This document shows positions 37,563-49,090 of a stretch of DNA of 64,000 bases, in pieces. The DNA comes from Camelus ferus (lineage: Eukaryota), in the NCBI RefSeq assembly GCF_009834535.1, contig NC_045697.1, forward strand, positions 117,740,001 to 117,804,000, given 5' to 3'. The position numbers and the translations under genes were made by a program. How positions within the stretch are numbered: position 1 is the stretch's first letter; the number at the start of each line of letters is the position of its first letter. The notes beneath the pieces were generated by a model. The model was not told the DNA's origin. It did no database searches and was given only the letters and a program-made list of their open reading frames with translations.

Positions 37563-38091
37563 TGTAGAAGGTGGGGGCTTTCTCTCCACACTCTTAGGTG
37601 CGTGTGGTGCAGTATGTAAATTAAACTGACAAAAGACAGATTAACAGGAGAAAGGCAAACACATTTTGTGATATTTTAAATTTTATGTGCAGAGAGGCTT
37701 CACAGCACGGAAAGAAAAACACAAAGAAGCAGTTAGACTTGGGCGTATTATTAAATACCATTTTAACAAAGGGCTGGAAATTGAGTGAAAGTGACCGGGA
37801 ACTTTATGGGGGAAGCTAATGGAAGATGAGGGCTATGATTATTTCAGTAGGGTCTGTGTCTGGGTGCTCCGCTCCGTCTCCAGGGATGAGGGAAGCTCTT
37901 CTCATCCCGGGACTGGGGTAGAGGGGAGGAAGATGTGCCCCCCTCACAGAGGGAAGCTGATGCTCTGCTTGTAGGCAGACGAGGGGAGGGCAGAGAACTT
38001 TCCCTGTGTCCATCCTTAGTTGCCTCCCACCCGAAGTAATCCTTGTGCCAGAGTGGCACATTTTGGGTGTCATACTCTGGACCGCTCACCA
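37563..38091 (-). mobile_element. ERV1 solo LTR (MER34-like)
   Basis: Minus strand reads GGTCCAGAGTATGACACCCAAAATGTGCCACTCTGGCACAAGGATTACTT, like the MER34-group 5' end; the other end has CTCCTGTTAATCTGTCTTTTGTCAG. Confidence 0.75.
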
Positions 38092-38777
38092 ATGGTGACA
38101 ACATTTGACTTTTGCTAATAGCACATGCAGCCTAGAGAAGGGGTCTTAGGTGGGCTGCTGGCGGCTGGGGATGCCGGAGGGCGTGCAACTCTGTGTAAAG
38201 CGACTTGTATTTTCTGGCACACTCCTTCCTTCTCTTCCTGGGAAAGCTGAAAGTTACAAATAACGTGGCATCTGATCTTAGTGGCTTCTGCTGGGACTGA
38301 ATCTGCATGATCTCAGTTATGTCCTCAAACACTGCAGGGAAGGAGGGTGAAACATCCTCGTTTGTGTCATCCTTGATTTCCATCGACAACTGGAGGCCCT
38401 TCTAGTCACGCACAGGGAGGAAGTGTGCAGTGTTATGACGCATTGTGTTTTGCCTTTGCACCGTGTAGAAACTTCCTCGGGCTGGGAAAGCAATGCCTTT
38501 CACACTGCCGGTCCCCCCCATCCCCAGGGCGGCAAGTGGTCCTCATCCCTCTGAAGAGGTGGCTCTCTCTTTGCTTAGACAGTCTTCTGGGCTTTGCTGC
38601 CATGGGACCCCCTAACCCTTCAGTGATAATTCCCTGAGGCTGGTTTGTTATAAAGAAACACTGCAGCACAGGCAGTGCGTGTGTGTGTGCGTGTGTGTAT
38701 GAAGACTCCTTAATGACCAAATTACCTGGTATTCATGCTCTGCAGGAAAGAAACAAGTGAGCATTGGATGCTTCCCT

Positions 38778-38899
38778 CTTTATTTGTTTATTTATTTATT
38801 TATTTATTTTTGAATGGAGGTACTGGGGTTTGAACCCAGGACCTCCTGCATGGTAGGCATGTGCTCTACCACTGGGCTAAACCATCACCCCCCCCCCCC
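38778..38899 (-). mobile_element. tRNA-derived SINE (Vic-1-like)
   Basis: (TTTA)n, then GGAGGTACTGGGGTTTGAACCCAGGACCTCCTGCATGG. Confidence 0.85.
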
Positions 38900-38928
38900 A
38901 CTGTGCTTGCTTCTTTAGTTTGCATGTT

Positions 38929-39071
38929 TTTTTTTATTTTTTCTTTTTTTTAACTGGAGATAATTTGGTTTATTTATTTAATTATTTATTTATCTAATGG
39001 AGGTGCTGGGGATTGAACCCAGGACCTTGTGCATGCTAGGCACACCCTCTAGCACTGAGCTACCCCCTCCC
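38929..39071 (-). mobile_element. tRNA-derived SINE (Vic-1-like)
   Basis: Perfect 13-bp TSD TAGTTTGCATGTT (38916-38928 and 39072-39084). Confidence 0.9.
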
Positions 39072-39540
39072 TAGTTTGCATGTTAATCAAGGACATGACA
39101 GCCTTAGGCAGAAGGTAACGGATGCTTTTTACCTTCTCTCCAGTATCCAAATCAGATGCCTCATTTTCTGTATTGTACACACACGTGAGTAGCTCGAGTA
39201 TTTAAAGGAATCATCACGAATCTTTTAAGGCTCCTTGAGATCAGGAAACAGAATGCATTTGTCTTTTTCAGTTCTTAACAAAAAGAGGTTCTTCCTAGTT
39301 TCCTGAAGAAATCACCCAGGAAGGGATGGGCTCGCAGATGGGCTTCCGGATTTCCATCTTGTGCCCTGTGGTCCGTCCTCACCGTCTCCTGTTTCAGCTC
39401 CATACGCCATCGGTGAACTTCACACGGCTCCAGGAGGGGCCAGCAGGGCAGTCAGCCTCCCAAGAGAAAAGCTGTGAAGTGTCCAAATGTGCCATTGCTC
39501 ATGGGGTACGAGATGGTGATCCAAACGCTGTCTCCTACGA

Positions 39541-39623
39541 ATATGTGTGTGTATGTGCATGACTGGGACGTGACGCTGTGCACCGGAAACTGACACGCTG
39601 TAACTGACCATACTTCAGTGAAA
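39541..39623 (+). mobile_element. Short L1 3'-terminal fragment, strongly GC-shifted
   Basis: Aligns by eye to the terminus of the copy at 41462-41677. Confidence 0.8.
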
Positions 39624-40724
39624 CAGAACAAAGCCCCATCTCCCCAGGGACAAGCCTGCCCTGACAGTGGGAAGGAGGGTGGAAGGAGGACTTGGGAGAC
39701 GTTCACATATGCCCGCACACATTTTTCCGTGGATGTAGACGGACTGGAATGAAACAGACTCACGCGTTATCAGTATTTATCTACAAGGGTCCTAGAGAAG
39801 CAGTGGGCTAATGTTTTCCCTCCCACCACGCAGGTAGTGTTTAAAAATCCCCTCTAATTAGGACATACTTCTTGTACAGTGGAAGCAATGGGGTACCAAA
39901 TTTTTAAACCTAATTTCAGTGAGGGGTAGGTGGACACAAGCAAGAGTGTTTCTCCTGTTCCGAAGGAAGGCGCCCAGCAGGCAACCCTGTGGTTAGAAGT
40001 GAGGAGATGGCGTGTCTGACCATGGCCCTTCAGGGCTGAGGGCTGAAGCTGCCTCTTAGTTTCTCCCGGGGGGTTGGATGTGGCCGATGTGGCTCCAGGC
40101 ACCGCCGAGCAGCCGTGGCCAAGGGTGAACATCACCACAATGATCTGTGTTGTTTCTGGCACTTTACAGGAAGTGTTGTTTTCCCAAGACCTAAGAGATT
40201 TGTCTGGGAAGAAAGAGGAGAGTGGCCAACATTTGGCACCATACAGGGGTTTTCTTCTTTCTCTTTTTTTTTTTTTTTTAAGCTTAGTGTGTAGTCTGTG
40301 CATCCTGCTCTTAAGCCGTAAAGATGGAGAAAATATTGTGGTCTTGTTTTGTGCACTCTTGGAAACATCTGGAACATGCCACTAGGCTGCATGCCACGGG
40401 CTTCATTTATAAAGTGTGCGATGTGAACCACCAGGGAGTAAAAGACCTGCCTTCCCGCAGCCACATCCCCGGCACATGTGATACGAGGTCCGTGTGGACC
40501 GCAAACTCTGCTGGTCCCATTCGCCGGGGCAGGGAGATCGAGGCACGGACAGCACTTGACCTTCTCAGTCCAGCAGGTCCTGTGGACAGACACCTGGTCC
40601 CCTGCTGGGGTCAGGCAGCTTCCACCGGGGCTGCGTGGCCCTGGGGCCTCACACTCTCACACTTCAGATCATATAAGCTCACCTGCTCTGTGACTACCTT
40701 TCTAAAAATGCAAGAATGAAAGTG

Positions 40725-40955
40725 TGTAATAACCTATAATGAGAAAGAGTGTGTATATATGTATCTGTATAACTGAATCACTACGCTGTACACCTGAAGC
40801 TAGCACAACTCTATAAATAAAGTACACTTTAATAAAGTCTTTAAAAAATTTTTTTTATTGAAGTATAGTCAGTTACCATGTGTCAGTTTCTGGTGTACAG
40901 CATCATGTCCCTGTCGTGTATTTATGTATACACATATTCGTTTTCATATTCTTAA
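40725..40955. mobile_element. Two short L1 3' ends, tail to tail (+ about 40725-40836; - about 40849-40950)
   Basis: GTAATAACCTATAATG...AATAAA, then TTTTATTGAAGTATAGTCAG...; duplication AAAGTCTTTAAAAAA/AAAGTCTTAAAAAA. Confidence 0.8.
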
Positions 40956-41461
40956 AAAAAGTCTTAAAAAAGGGGAAAAAAAGAACAAAAATGATTTTAG
41001 GCTCTAGGTGTAAGGCACATAGAACACTCTGCTCTGAGCAGCCCGCCCTGTTTTGTTTTTGGAAGCAACACTGCAGTGTCTGTGACACCGAAGGTTGAGT
41101 TAAGGGAATGAGGAAAAGAAAGGAATATTCTTTTTCATGCCTGTGGGCTGAGTTATACGTCGAGCAAGAGACTGATGTGGGGACCTCCCCACTCAGCAGT
41201 TCAGTCGTCACAGGAGCAGTGACATTAGTCGTCAATGAAAGAACCCAAAGAAACAAAAACCAAAATAACAAAGAAACCACACACATGACTGGATTTTTTT
41301 TTTTCATGCTGCCCTCATCCTTCACGGCTGTGTCTTCATTTTGATGTTTAATTATTATGATTCCAGGATTCAAATGCAAAATTCTGTCTGCAGAGCCTGG
41401 AACCCCTGCAAGTGCACTGGCCCCCGAGACTTGGCCATCTCAGGAGAACTCTATGTTAAAA

Positions 41462-41677
41462 GGGAGTTTATGGTTTGCAGATGCACACTACTGTATATAA
41501 AATAGATAAATAACAAAGTCCTCCTGTATATAGCACAAGGAACTGCATTCCATACCTTGTAATAACCTATAATGAAAAAGAATATGAAAAGGAACATATG
41601 TATGTAAATGCATGACTGGGACATTGTGCTGTACACCAGAAATGGACACATTGTAACTGACTGTGCTTCAGTGAAAA
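41462..41677 (+). mobile_element. L1 3'UTR fragment
   Basis: TATATAAAATAGATAAATAACAAAGTCCT...CTTGTAATAACCTATAATGAAAAAGAATATG. Confidence 0.87.
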
Positions 41678-43754
41678 CGGGGGGAGTTTGAAGAAGGAAG
41701 TAGATTTGGAAGTTTGCATGGGGTAGCCAGTGCCCCAGCTGCCCCTGTGTAAACTGTGGGGGTCAGGGCATCCCTGGCAGGGGGCTGGGGTGCAGCCGTG
41801 TCTGGACATGGATCTGAGCAAGAAAGTGCTCAGCTGGGCCAGCCTGGGCTCCTCCTGTCTTCTGCCTTTGGTCCTCCATCCTGTTTACTTCCTAGGGCCC
41901 AGCATCCCAGGAGAACAACGGGCAATCCCCTCTGTCCGTCCTGCTGACCTCGTTCCTGCGGCTGCAGACTTTCAGGGTGACTCATGCCTGGGCGGCGCGG
42001 CGGGGCTTTCTCAGCCCCGGTGACAGGCTTGCCTCCAGCCTTCCTGGTGTCGAAACTGGGAGACCAGGGCCTCGCCTTCTTCACCACGTAGCCCTAACCG
42101 TTATCTCAAGCATGCTGCAGCAGACCTGAGGATGTCTTCTTCATGCTTGTTCTGTTCTGGAAATTTTCAGGGCGACCAGAGTCTTTGAAAGCCCAGGACC
42201 AGGCCCTGCGAGGGATGTGGGTGCCGTCAGGGGCTCCTCCTCTGGTCTGGGAGGTGAGCTCATCTTCTGAGTCACAGAGGGCTTGGCAGCAGGACCAGAA
42301 CTTGCGGTTGGCTCTGGGCCCTTGGCTGTGGGCTGCATCCTGACCTGCCCTTCCGCTCGGGTGGTCCTGATGCAAGTAGGTGACGCCCTGCGAAAAGCAG
42401 AGCTCTGCCTTCAGGTGACCTTGGCCCACTGGAGCTCACCCTTGCCTCTGAAAAGGGATTTGTTGCTTAAAAAAAAAAATCTCGTGCCCATTCAATGGAG
42501 AAACACCTGAAACCCTTGCTCTGACATATTTGTTTGTAATTTTCATTGATAACCAATAAAATCACCAGGGGTGACTACTGTATGCTTTTAAACGGGTTGG
42601 TCTCCTTTTCTTACGTATGCCTTTTGTGTTTCTGGCTAGTTTATTACTCTAAGCTGTGACATCAGAGCTATTATTTATATTTCTTTTTTAAAATATATTT
42701 TTATTGACATATAGTCAGTATACAATGTTCTACCAATTTCTATTATTATTTTGTCTGATCTGAGGACATATTTCATATTCTAGGTGATAGATAAGGAGAC
42801 ATTTCAGCATTTCAGTACCTTAAATTTCTTGATTTCTAAAATAATTTTCTATTTTCTCTGTGCGGTGTGCATATTAATAAGTAGTGCTTTCTGCAGGACT
42901 CACTGTACTCCTGTTTTTCAGATTCTGTAGGCTGTTGTAATAGGTAGGACATAACCTACTTTTATCCATTTTTTGTAAATAATAAATGCTCTGTGATTTA
43001 CAAGAAGAAATATCCAGGCTGAAGCATCCTGTGGTTGGGATGATAAATTTTACAAAAGCAACTATGAGAAGAGGACAGAACATGAGTAGCAGTTTCTTAG
43101 TTCTCAGCAGCTGACATGGATGCGATGTGATGGGTGTGTGGGAGCTGAGGGCTGGACCCTTGGGATAGTGGACCAGTGATGCAGGAGTGAGGCAGTGAGG
43201 CAGTCGTGTGGGAGTGAGGCAGAGAGGCGGGAGTCATCTTGAACCTGGGAGTGGGTACCACAACCGAGAGGGAGGGAAGCCAGATTGGATACTTTTGAGA
43301 TTAGAAAGGAAACACACTGCTAAGTCTGGATGGTCATGAAAATCCTCAAGGTGCTTCTTGCCAGATTCCAAGTTGTTAGCCAGCACCCTGAGTAATCGCC
43401 TTGCCAGTCAGCTCTGCGGTTTCAGCAGTACGAGTTCTTTGCGTCCACCTCCCTGAGCTAAACTGCCATGTTAAGGGAGAGTGACCTCTTTAACTGGGAG
43501 GGGGCGGGTTCTTTAATTAACAAACCCATACAGTTATGTTTTTTTTTTCTTTGCTTTGGGAAATGAAACTGTGGTGGTTTAGCTAAATAAATTGGAGTTT
43601 AGCTTTTTCCCCCTTTTTTCTTTTAAATTTTTGGGGGGTGGGAAGGGATAGACTGGGAGTTCAAAATTTGTGGATACTGACAGGCATATGGTTTTTGATT
43701 TAGATTTTTGTGCAGGAGGATGCACATTGCTGTCTTTTAAGTTTTTGCTTCTGA

Positions 43755-44306
43755 GATTTATATATATATATGTGTATACATATATGTATTTATATATTAT
43801 ATGTGTGTGTATATACACACACACACATATAATTCTAAATATGACTAAATATTAGTGTATTTCCCAGAACTTATACTTTTCTTGGGAAAAAAATTTTTTA
43901 GAAGAATTTTTTTGCTCCAATTTGCTTAGTAACTTTGTATCGTCAATAATGAGTGCCTGATCTAATCTGTGGTATGGCTGTACCTGAGACATGGAAATAA
44001 ATGTATATACACATAAATATATGTAAGTATAAAGGTAGTATGTGTATACTATAAAATATATAGGGTAATGTATATGCTATAAAAATATAAAGGTAGTATA
44101 TGTACTGTAAATGCTTAGTGGTAGTATATATATACTACAAAGTACATAGTATAGTGTATGCACTATAAAAAATAAAGGTAGTGTATCTATATACTATAAA
44201 ATGTTTAGTGTGTGTACTATAAAAATACAAAGGCAGCATATGTATGTGTGTGTGTGTATACACACACACACACCATAAAGGTAGGATATATATATACCAT
44301 AAAGGT
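43755..44306. repeat. TA/TG/CA simple repeats and a degenerate AT-rich tandem array
   Basis: Recurrent TAAAGGTAG and TACTATAAAA motifs at 44028-44306; (TA)/(TG)/(CA) runs at 43758-43830. Confidence 0.8.
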
Positions 44307-45091
44307 GGCGGGTGCACCCCAGGAGATGTGCAGACTTAGTCTCGGGGTGAGCGGGGGCGAGGAGGTGAAGCCCCCTGTCCACTTGCTCCCTCAGTGACAG
44401 CCTCCTGCTTTCTCATCACTGAGGCCACAGGCTCCTGGACGCAGGCGATGCCACGGTGAACCGTGTGGATACCCTGAGCTTGCGCCTCGCCTGTGTTCCA
44501 GGGCAGAGAGCGGGCGAGGACACGCACCGAGGTCGCTGTTGTGTGGTCGGTGCTGCGCACTGAGGTGGGGGGGCTGTGCGGCTGTGTGTGTTGAAGTTGA
44601 GGTTGTGGGGGCCTCTCGAGGCGGCTTTGTGTTCAGACCCGAGGAGGTGGGACAGAAGGCCTCACAGGCGGGGCCCTTAGCGAGGACTGTGCCGGACACC
44701 AAGGGGACACCGGGCAGTGGCTGGAGCGGTGGGAGCGGGTGAGTGACTTTTCCAAAAGGATTATTGCTTCTGCCAGGGGAGGGGAGAAAACGGTGGCTTG
44801 GACCTGCAGGCAGTCAGTGGCTGATGAGATTTCAGGTCTGCTCTGGTGTTAGAGCTGTCAGAGCATCTGAACCAGTGACTGAGTCATCAGGACAAGCTGG
44901 ACGCTCTCGCCCAAGATGTCTGGCTGGACATCTTGGTCCGTGGCCTTTGTTGACGTCTTCGAAGGCTTCCTGCCACCTGGTAACTGTACCAGTGGACACA
45001 CAGCTCAATTGTTGACCGTGAGAGGATGTAAAAGATACAAATTGGTGAGGGATTTTATTGTTCATTTTTTAAAAAAATTTAGGCTTATATA

Positions 45092-45278
45092 TTTTTTAAA
45101 TTGAAGTATAGTCAGTTTACAATGTTGTGTCAATTTCTGGTGTCCAGCTAGTCATACATACACATACGTAGATTCCTTTCCATAGTCTCTGTCATTATAG
45201 GTTATTACAAGGTATTGAATGTAGTTCCCTGTGCTGTACCTTGTTGTTGACCTGTTTTATCTACAGGAATTAGTATCT
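45092..45278 (-). mobile_element. L1 3'UTR fragment
   Basis: TTGAAGTATAGTCAGTTTACAATGTTGTGTCAATTTCTGG; flanking duplication TGTTCATTTT at 45059 and 45282. Confidence 0.87.
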
Positions 45279-45864
45279 TACTGTTCATTTTCAACAATGA
45301 TAAGCAATCAATGTAGGTGAGTTTCAGGTCATCCAAAGAGAAGAAAGCAAATGGTGCATGGATTCGGGAGAACGTTCCAAACAGCGTGGCTCCGTGGAAG
45401 ACAGGCCCATTTTATTTGTAGCAGAGGCAGGTAATACTGCAATAAACTCCATTTAATAGTAAATATAGCTAACACGTACCAAATGCTCACTGTGCACCTA
45501 GCGTGCAGTGATGTACGATTCACACACATCCATTCCTTTAACCCTCACCGGCACCCTCTCGGGCCAGAGGCTGGGATAACCGCCTGTGTGAGGAGGATGC
45601 CACTCGGCCAAGGTCAGTGTCTCCAGCCAGGCAGCCCGGCCCCAGGTGCGTGCCCGTGACCTCTGCATCCTCCTGCTTGTAACTGCCACTCTGCGTGTTG
45701 AAGTCCAGTTAGGACCTGCGCAGACGTGTTCATCTTGTGTCCACAGGTCAGCAAGGGCTCTGAACGCCAGGGTTTTTCTCTCCTGCATCATATGCTCGTT
45801 TTCAGGAAAAGCCTTGGTATTTAAGATGAGAAGAACCCCTAAAGGAAGAAAAGTGTGAAAATAT

Positions 45865-46020
45865 GGCTCCCTGGAGCCTGGAACTGAGTTTCAACCCAGG
45901 TTCACCCTCTTGTGAGTTATGTGATGTGATCTTTGCGGCCTCACCTTTCTAAGCGGCCAAGTCTCTGCTCTGTAAAATTTTAAATTTAATACCTACCTCA
46001 CAGAGCAAGTCACGAAAACA
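45865..46020 (+). mobile_element. MIR SINE
   Basis: GGCTCCCTGGAGCC...GTGATCTTTG...CTCTGTAAAAT...AATACCTACCTCACAGAG. Confidence 0.65.
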
Positions 46021-46223
46021 AGCAGCAGGTCTGGTCTGCTTAATACACTGGACATCCTTTGCCCATATTTCTGGCCCAAGAGGCTGAAAATGAATGTGGG
46101 GCTTTCTAAAAACAAAGTGGATAGAAAGGAAAAAAGAGATTTGATGCTGGAGGCTGTCAGGGCAGTGCAGAGTCACTCCACTGGAGAAGGTTAAAGATAT
46201 AACCTGCCTGCCTTTACTTACAT

Positions 46224-46368
46224 CAGTGCTTGGCAGACTGGAATGTTCATCTGACCCCTCTGGGACCTTGCTAAGGTTCACACCTTGCTCAGTAGGCTTG
46301 GGGTGGGGCCTGTGGTGCTGTGTTTCTAACAAGCTGCTTCGATGCTGTTCTGTGGACCACACTCTGGC
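46224..46368. mobile_element. MER5A-like fossil whose end is split by an LTR
   Basis: TCAGTAGGCTTGGGGTGGGGCC...TTTCTAACAAGCT...GGACCACACT; the terminus resumes as TGACTAGCAAAG after 47006. Confidence 0.65.
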
Positions 46369-47006
46369 TGCTAGTGGAGCAAACTGGGGTCCACTCACTG
46401 GCCCCACTGCAGAGCCCAGCCGCTGGTACCAGGTGGTGGTGAAGGAAAGTACAGTGTTTACTGAGGCGCCCAGCAAGGAGAATGGGCAGCTTGTGCTCAA
46501 AAGACCCAAATTCCTCGTGTCTCTCAGGGAAGTGTTTTTTAAGGCCACCTTTGGGGTGAAGCTGCAGGGTGTGTCTTTCCTCTGATTGGTTGGTGGTGAG
46601 GAAGCAGGGTGGTGTTTCGGAAATCTTTAATAATCAACCTTCTGGTTCTAACCAGCCTGGGGTCCACCTGCTTGAGGTCAGCAAGTAGTCACCCTCGTCC
46701 ACATGGACGGGGGTCTTAGTTTCTGCAGAACAAGGCGAAGATATGTGTCAGATTGTTAACGTGTATCCCCTGAGGAGGAACCAGGACTCTGTTTTATCTC
46801 TGAACTATTTTTGTTACTTTTCTGGCTTAATTGTTTTTCCCTGTGTTTCTGCGTTCCCTCCCTTCCCTTATTAGTCACTGAATGAGTCTGCTCTTTGGGA
46901 CTCAGGCAAGACCTAGGAGACCGAAGCCTTTTTCTGCAAACAAGAAACAGGGGCTTCAGAGGGCCTTTTGTACCTGGGAGGGCTCCCTGGGGTCCCGCTG
47001 GTTTCA
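46369..47006 (-). mobile_element. ERV1 solo LTR (MER39/MER31-group-like)
   Basis: TG...CA termini, imperfect 4-bp TSD TGGC/TGAC, AGCAAGGAGAATGGGCAGCTTGTGCTCAAAAGACCC motif, CCAAT box on the minus strand. Confidence 0.78.
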
Positions 47007-47589
47007 TGACTAGCAAAGACTTATCCAGAATGGTCCATGAAGCACGCGGGAAGTTACAGGGGCCGATGCTCAGGTCAGTATCAGGGAAGCATTTTCCCAG
47101 AGCTTCTCTGAGGTGATGGAGCTGCGTCCCCACTCACATGTGGATACTGCTGATGCTCTGGAGGGTGAACCAGACCCGAATCTTTTCCTGCCCACTGGTC
47201 CCCATTACCCTCAGGTAGAAGTGGGGACAGCATTTAAGCGTCGGTTCAATAGGTTCCTGGGGAAGGGAGTTTGAGTCTCTCTGGACAGTGAGACCACCAG
47301 ATGTTTCAGAGGGGACTCAGTCGCTGAGAAGGTGGTCAGGCGAAGTGAACATGTTCCCTGTAGCCTTGTGATGGACTTTAAATCGAATACGGATGCTTCC
47401 ATATCTTGGCAATTATAAATAGTGTTGTTGTTAATAGCAGGTTGTATGTATCTTTTTGAGTTAATTCTTACTTTGAGGTTGGCTTTATTCCTTTGATAAC
47501 TATGTAAGTTTAAAAAGCTAAAGCTCTAAACGTTCTTAGAAACAATGGACAGTACATATAAGTAAATTTAAAAATATAGGTGCCATTAA

Positions 47590-48115
47590 AAAAAAAAAGA
47601 AATGAGCTATCAAGCCATGGAAGACATGGAAGAGACTTAAAAGACATATTACTAAATGGAAGAAGCCAGTCTGAAAAGACTACAAACTGTACGATTCCAA
47701 CCAAATGACCTTCTGGAAAAGGCACAGCTACAGGAACAATAAAAAGATCGTGGTTTCCAGGGGTTTGCAGCGGGGGGAGGGAGGAATGAATAGATGGAGC
47801 ACAAGGAGTTTTTAAGGTGATGAAATTATTCTGTATGATACTATAGTGGTGGCTACGTGTCATTATGCATTTGTCAAAGCCCATAGAATGTACAACAAGA
47901 GTGAACCCTAATGTGAACTATGGACTTTGGTTGATAATAATGTGCCCATGTTGCTTCATTGATTGTACCAAATATGCCTCACTGATGAGGGATGTTGAGG
48001 GTAGGGGAGTGTATATGTGTGGGTGGGGAGGGCTATATGTGAACTCTGTATTTTCTGCTCAATTCTGTTGTGAACCTGAAACTGCTCTAAAAGAATAAAA
48101 GTCTATTAAAAAAAA
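47590..48115 (+). mobile_element. Ancient L1 (L1MC-like) 3' end
   Basis: AATGAGCTATCAAGCCATG...CATTTGTCAAAGCCCATAGAATGTACAACAAGAGTGAACCCTAATGT...CTGCTCTAAAAGAATAAAAG. Confidence 0.85.
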
Positions 48116-48954
48116 AGTCAAACACGGTCTCCTGGGGAAAGCCATAATCTGAGATCCCTATATTGTCTCTTTAACACAAGTAACTAACCTGAAATCTCAG
48201 GTTTCCTGAGTTTTACATGGAAGCTATTTACTGTATTCATAGTCATATCTATATGTTTGCTCTCTGATCACAGTGTTCTAGTCACACACACACGCGCGCG
48301 CACCCACACGTGCACACACCTGCACACACACCCCACACACCCCCACTAGGCATCATGTGGTGCCGTGTCTTTAATTACTGTGACCAGTGTTTTCCCTCAG
48401 TTCCACGCCATGGTAGTGTGTGCACTTGCTGTTTCTCCAAAGTTCTCAAACTCTAATCTTCTAGAAGCGTAAGTGGACAGGCCGTCCTAGGGACACAAGG
48501 ACCCTCTGCTTCCTTCTGCAGTGTTCGCACAGCTGGAACGTGACTGGGAAAGCAGTGCCTCTTTCCGGGGAGTGTGTCTCCCCTCCTCCTGCTCAATCGT
48601 AAAGGCGTATTTTCCAGGATTTCCAGACCTGTCACCTGTGGGATGGTCGTGATCTTACGCTTTGTGGGTATTTTCACCATGAGACAAGACGAGCTAGAAA
48701 AATAAAGGGCGCTGGGTGAGGGGTGAAGGCACAGGCTGTCTGAATCCTGCTTGCCGTGGGCCCCGGACCCTCCTGTGCTGGCCAGCCTCCAGGCGCGTGA
48801 GCACAAGGGAATGGCATGCATTTACGCTCGGGGAAGGCAGACCCTGAGCGCTGTCCACCGAGGGCGTGCAGGCCCTTTTATGGTCAACAGGGGCTTCCCT
48901 CTGGCCTGTCGGCAGATGGCAAGGCTCAGTGCTCCAGTGTATGTTAGTGTTAGT

Positions 48955-49090
48955 CTTTCTTTTTTTTTTTTAGGTGGGGGAGGTAATTAGGTTTATTTAT
49001 TTATTCTTTGGAGGAGGTACTGGGGATTGAACCCAGGACCTCATGTACACTAAGCACGCGCTCTCCCACTTAAGCTGTGCCCTCCCCGCC
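48955..49090 (-). mobile_element. tRNA-derived SINE (Vic-1-like)
   Basis: GGGGGAGGTAATTAGGTTTATTT...GGAGGTACTGGGGATTGAACCCAGGACCTCATG. Confidence 0.88.

Noticed and set aside
44028..44306. Repeat-spacer appearance suggesting a CRISPR-like array
   Set aside because: Units are degenerate, linkers are simple repeats, the context is a mammalian intron and there are no cas genes.
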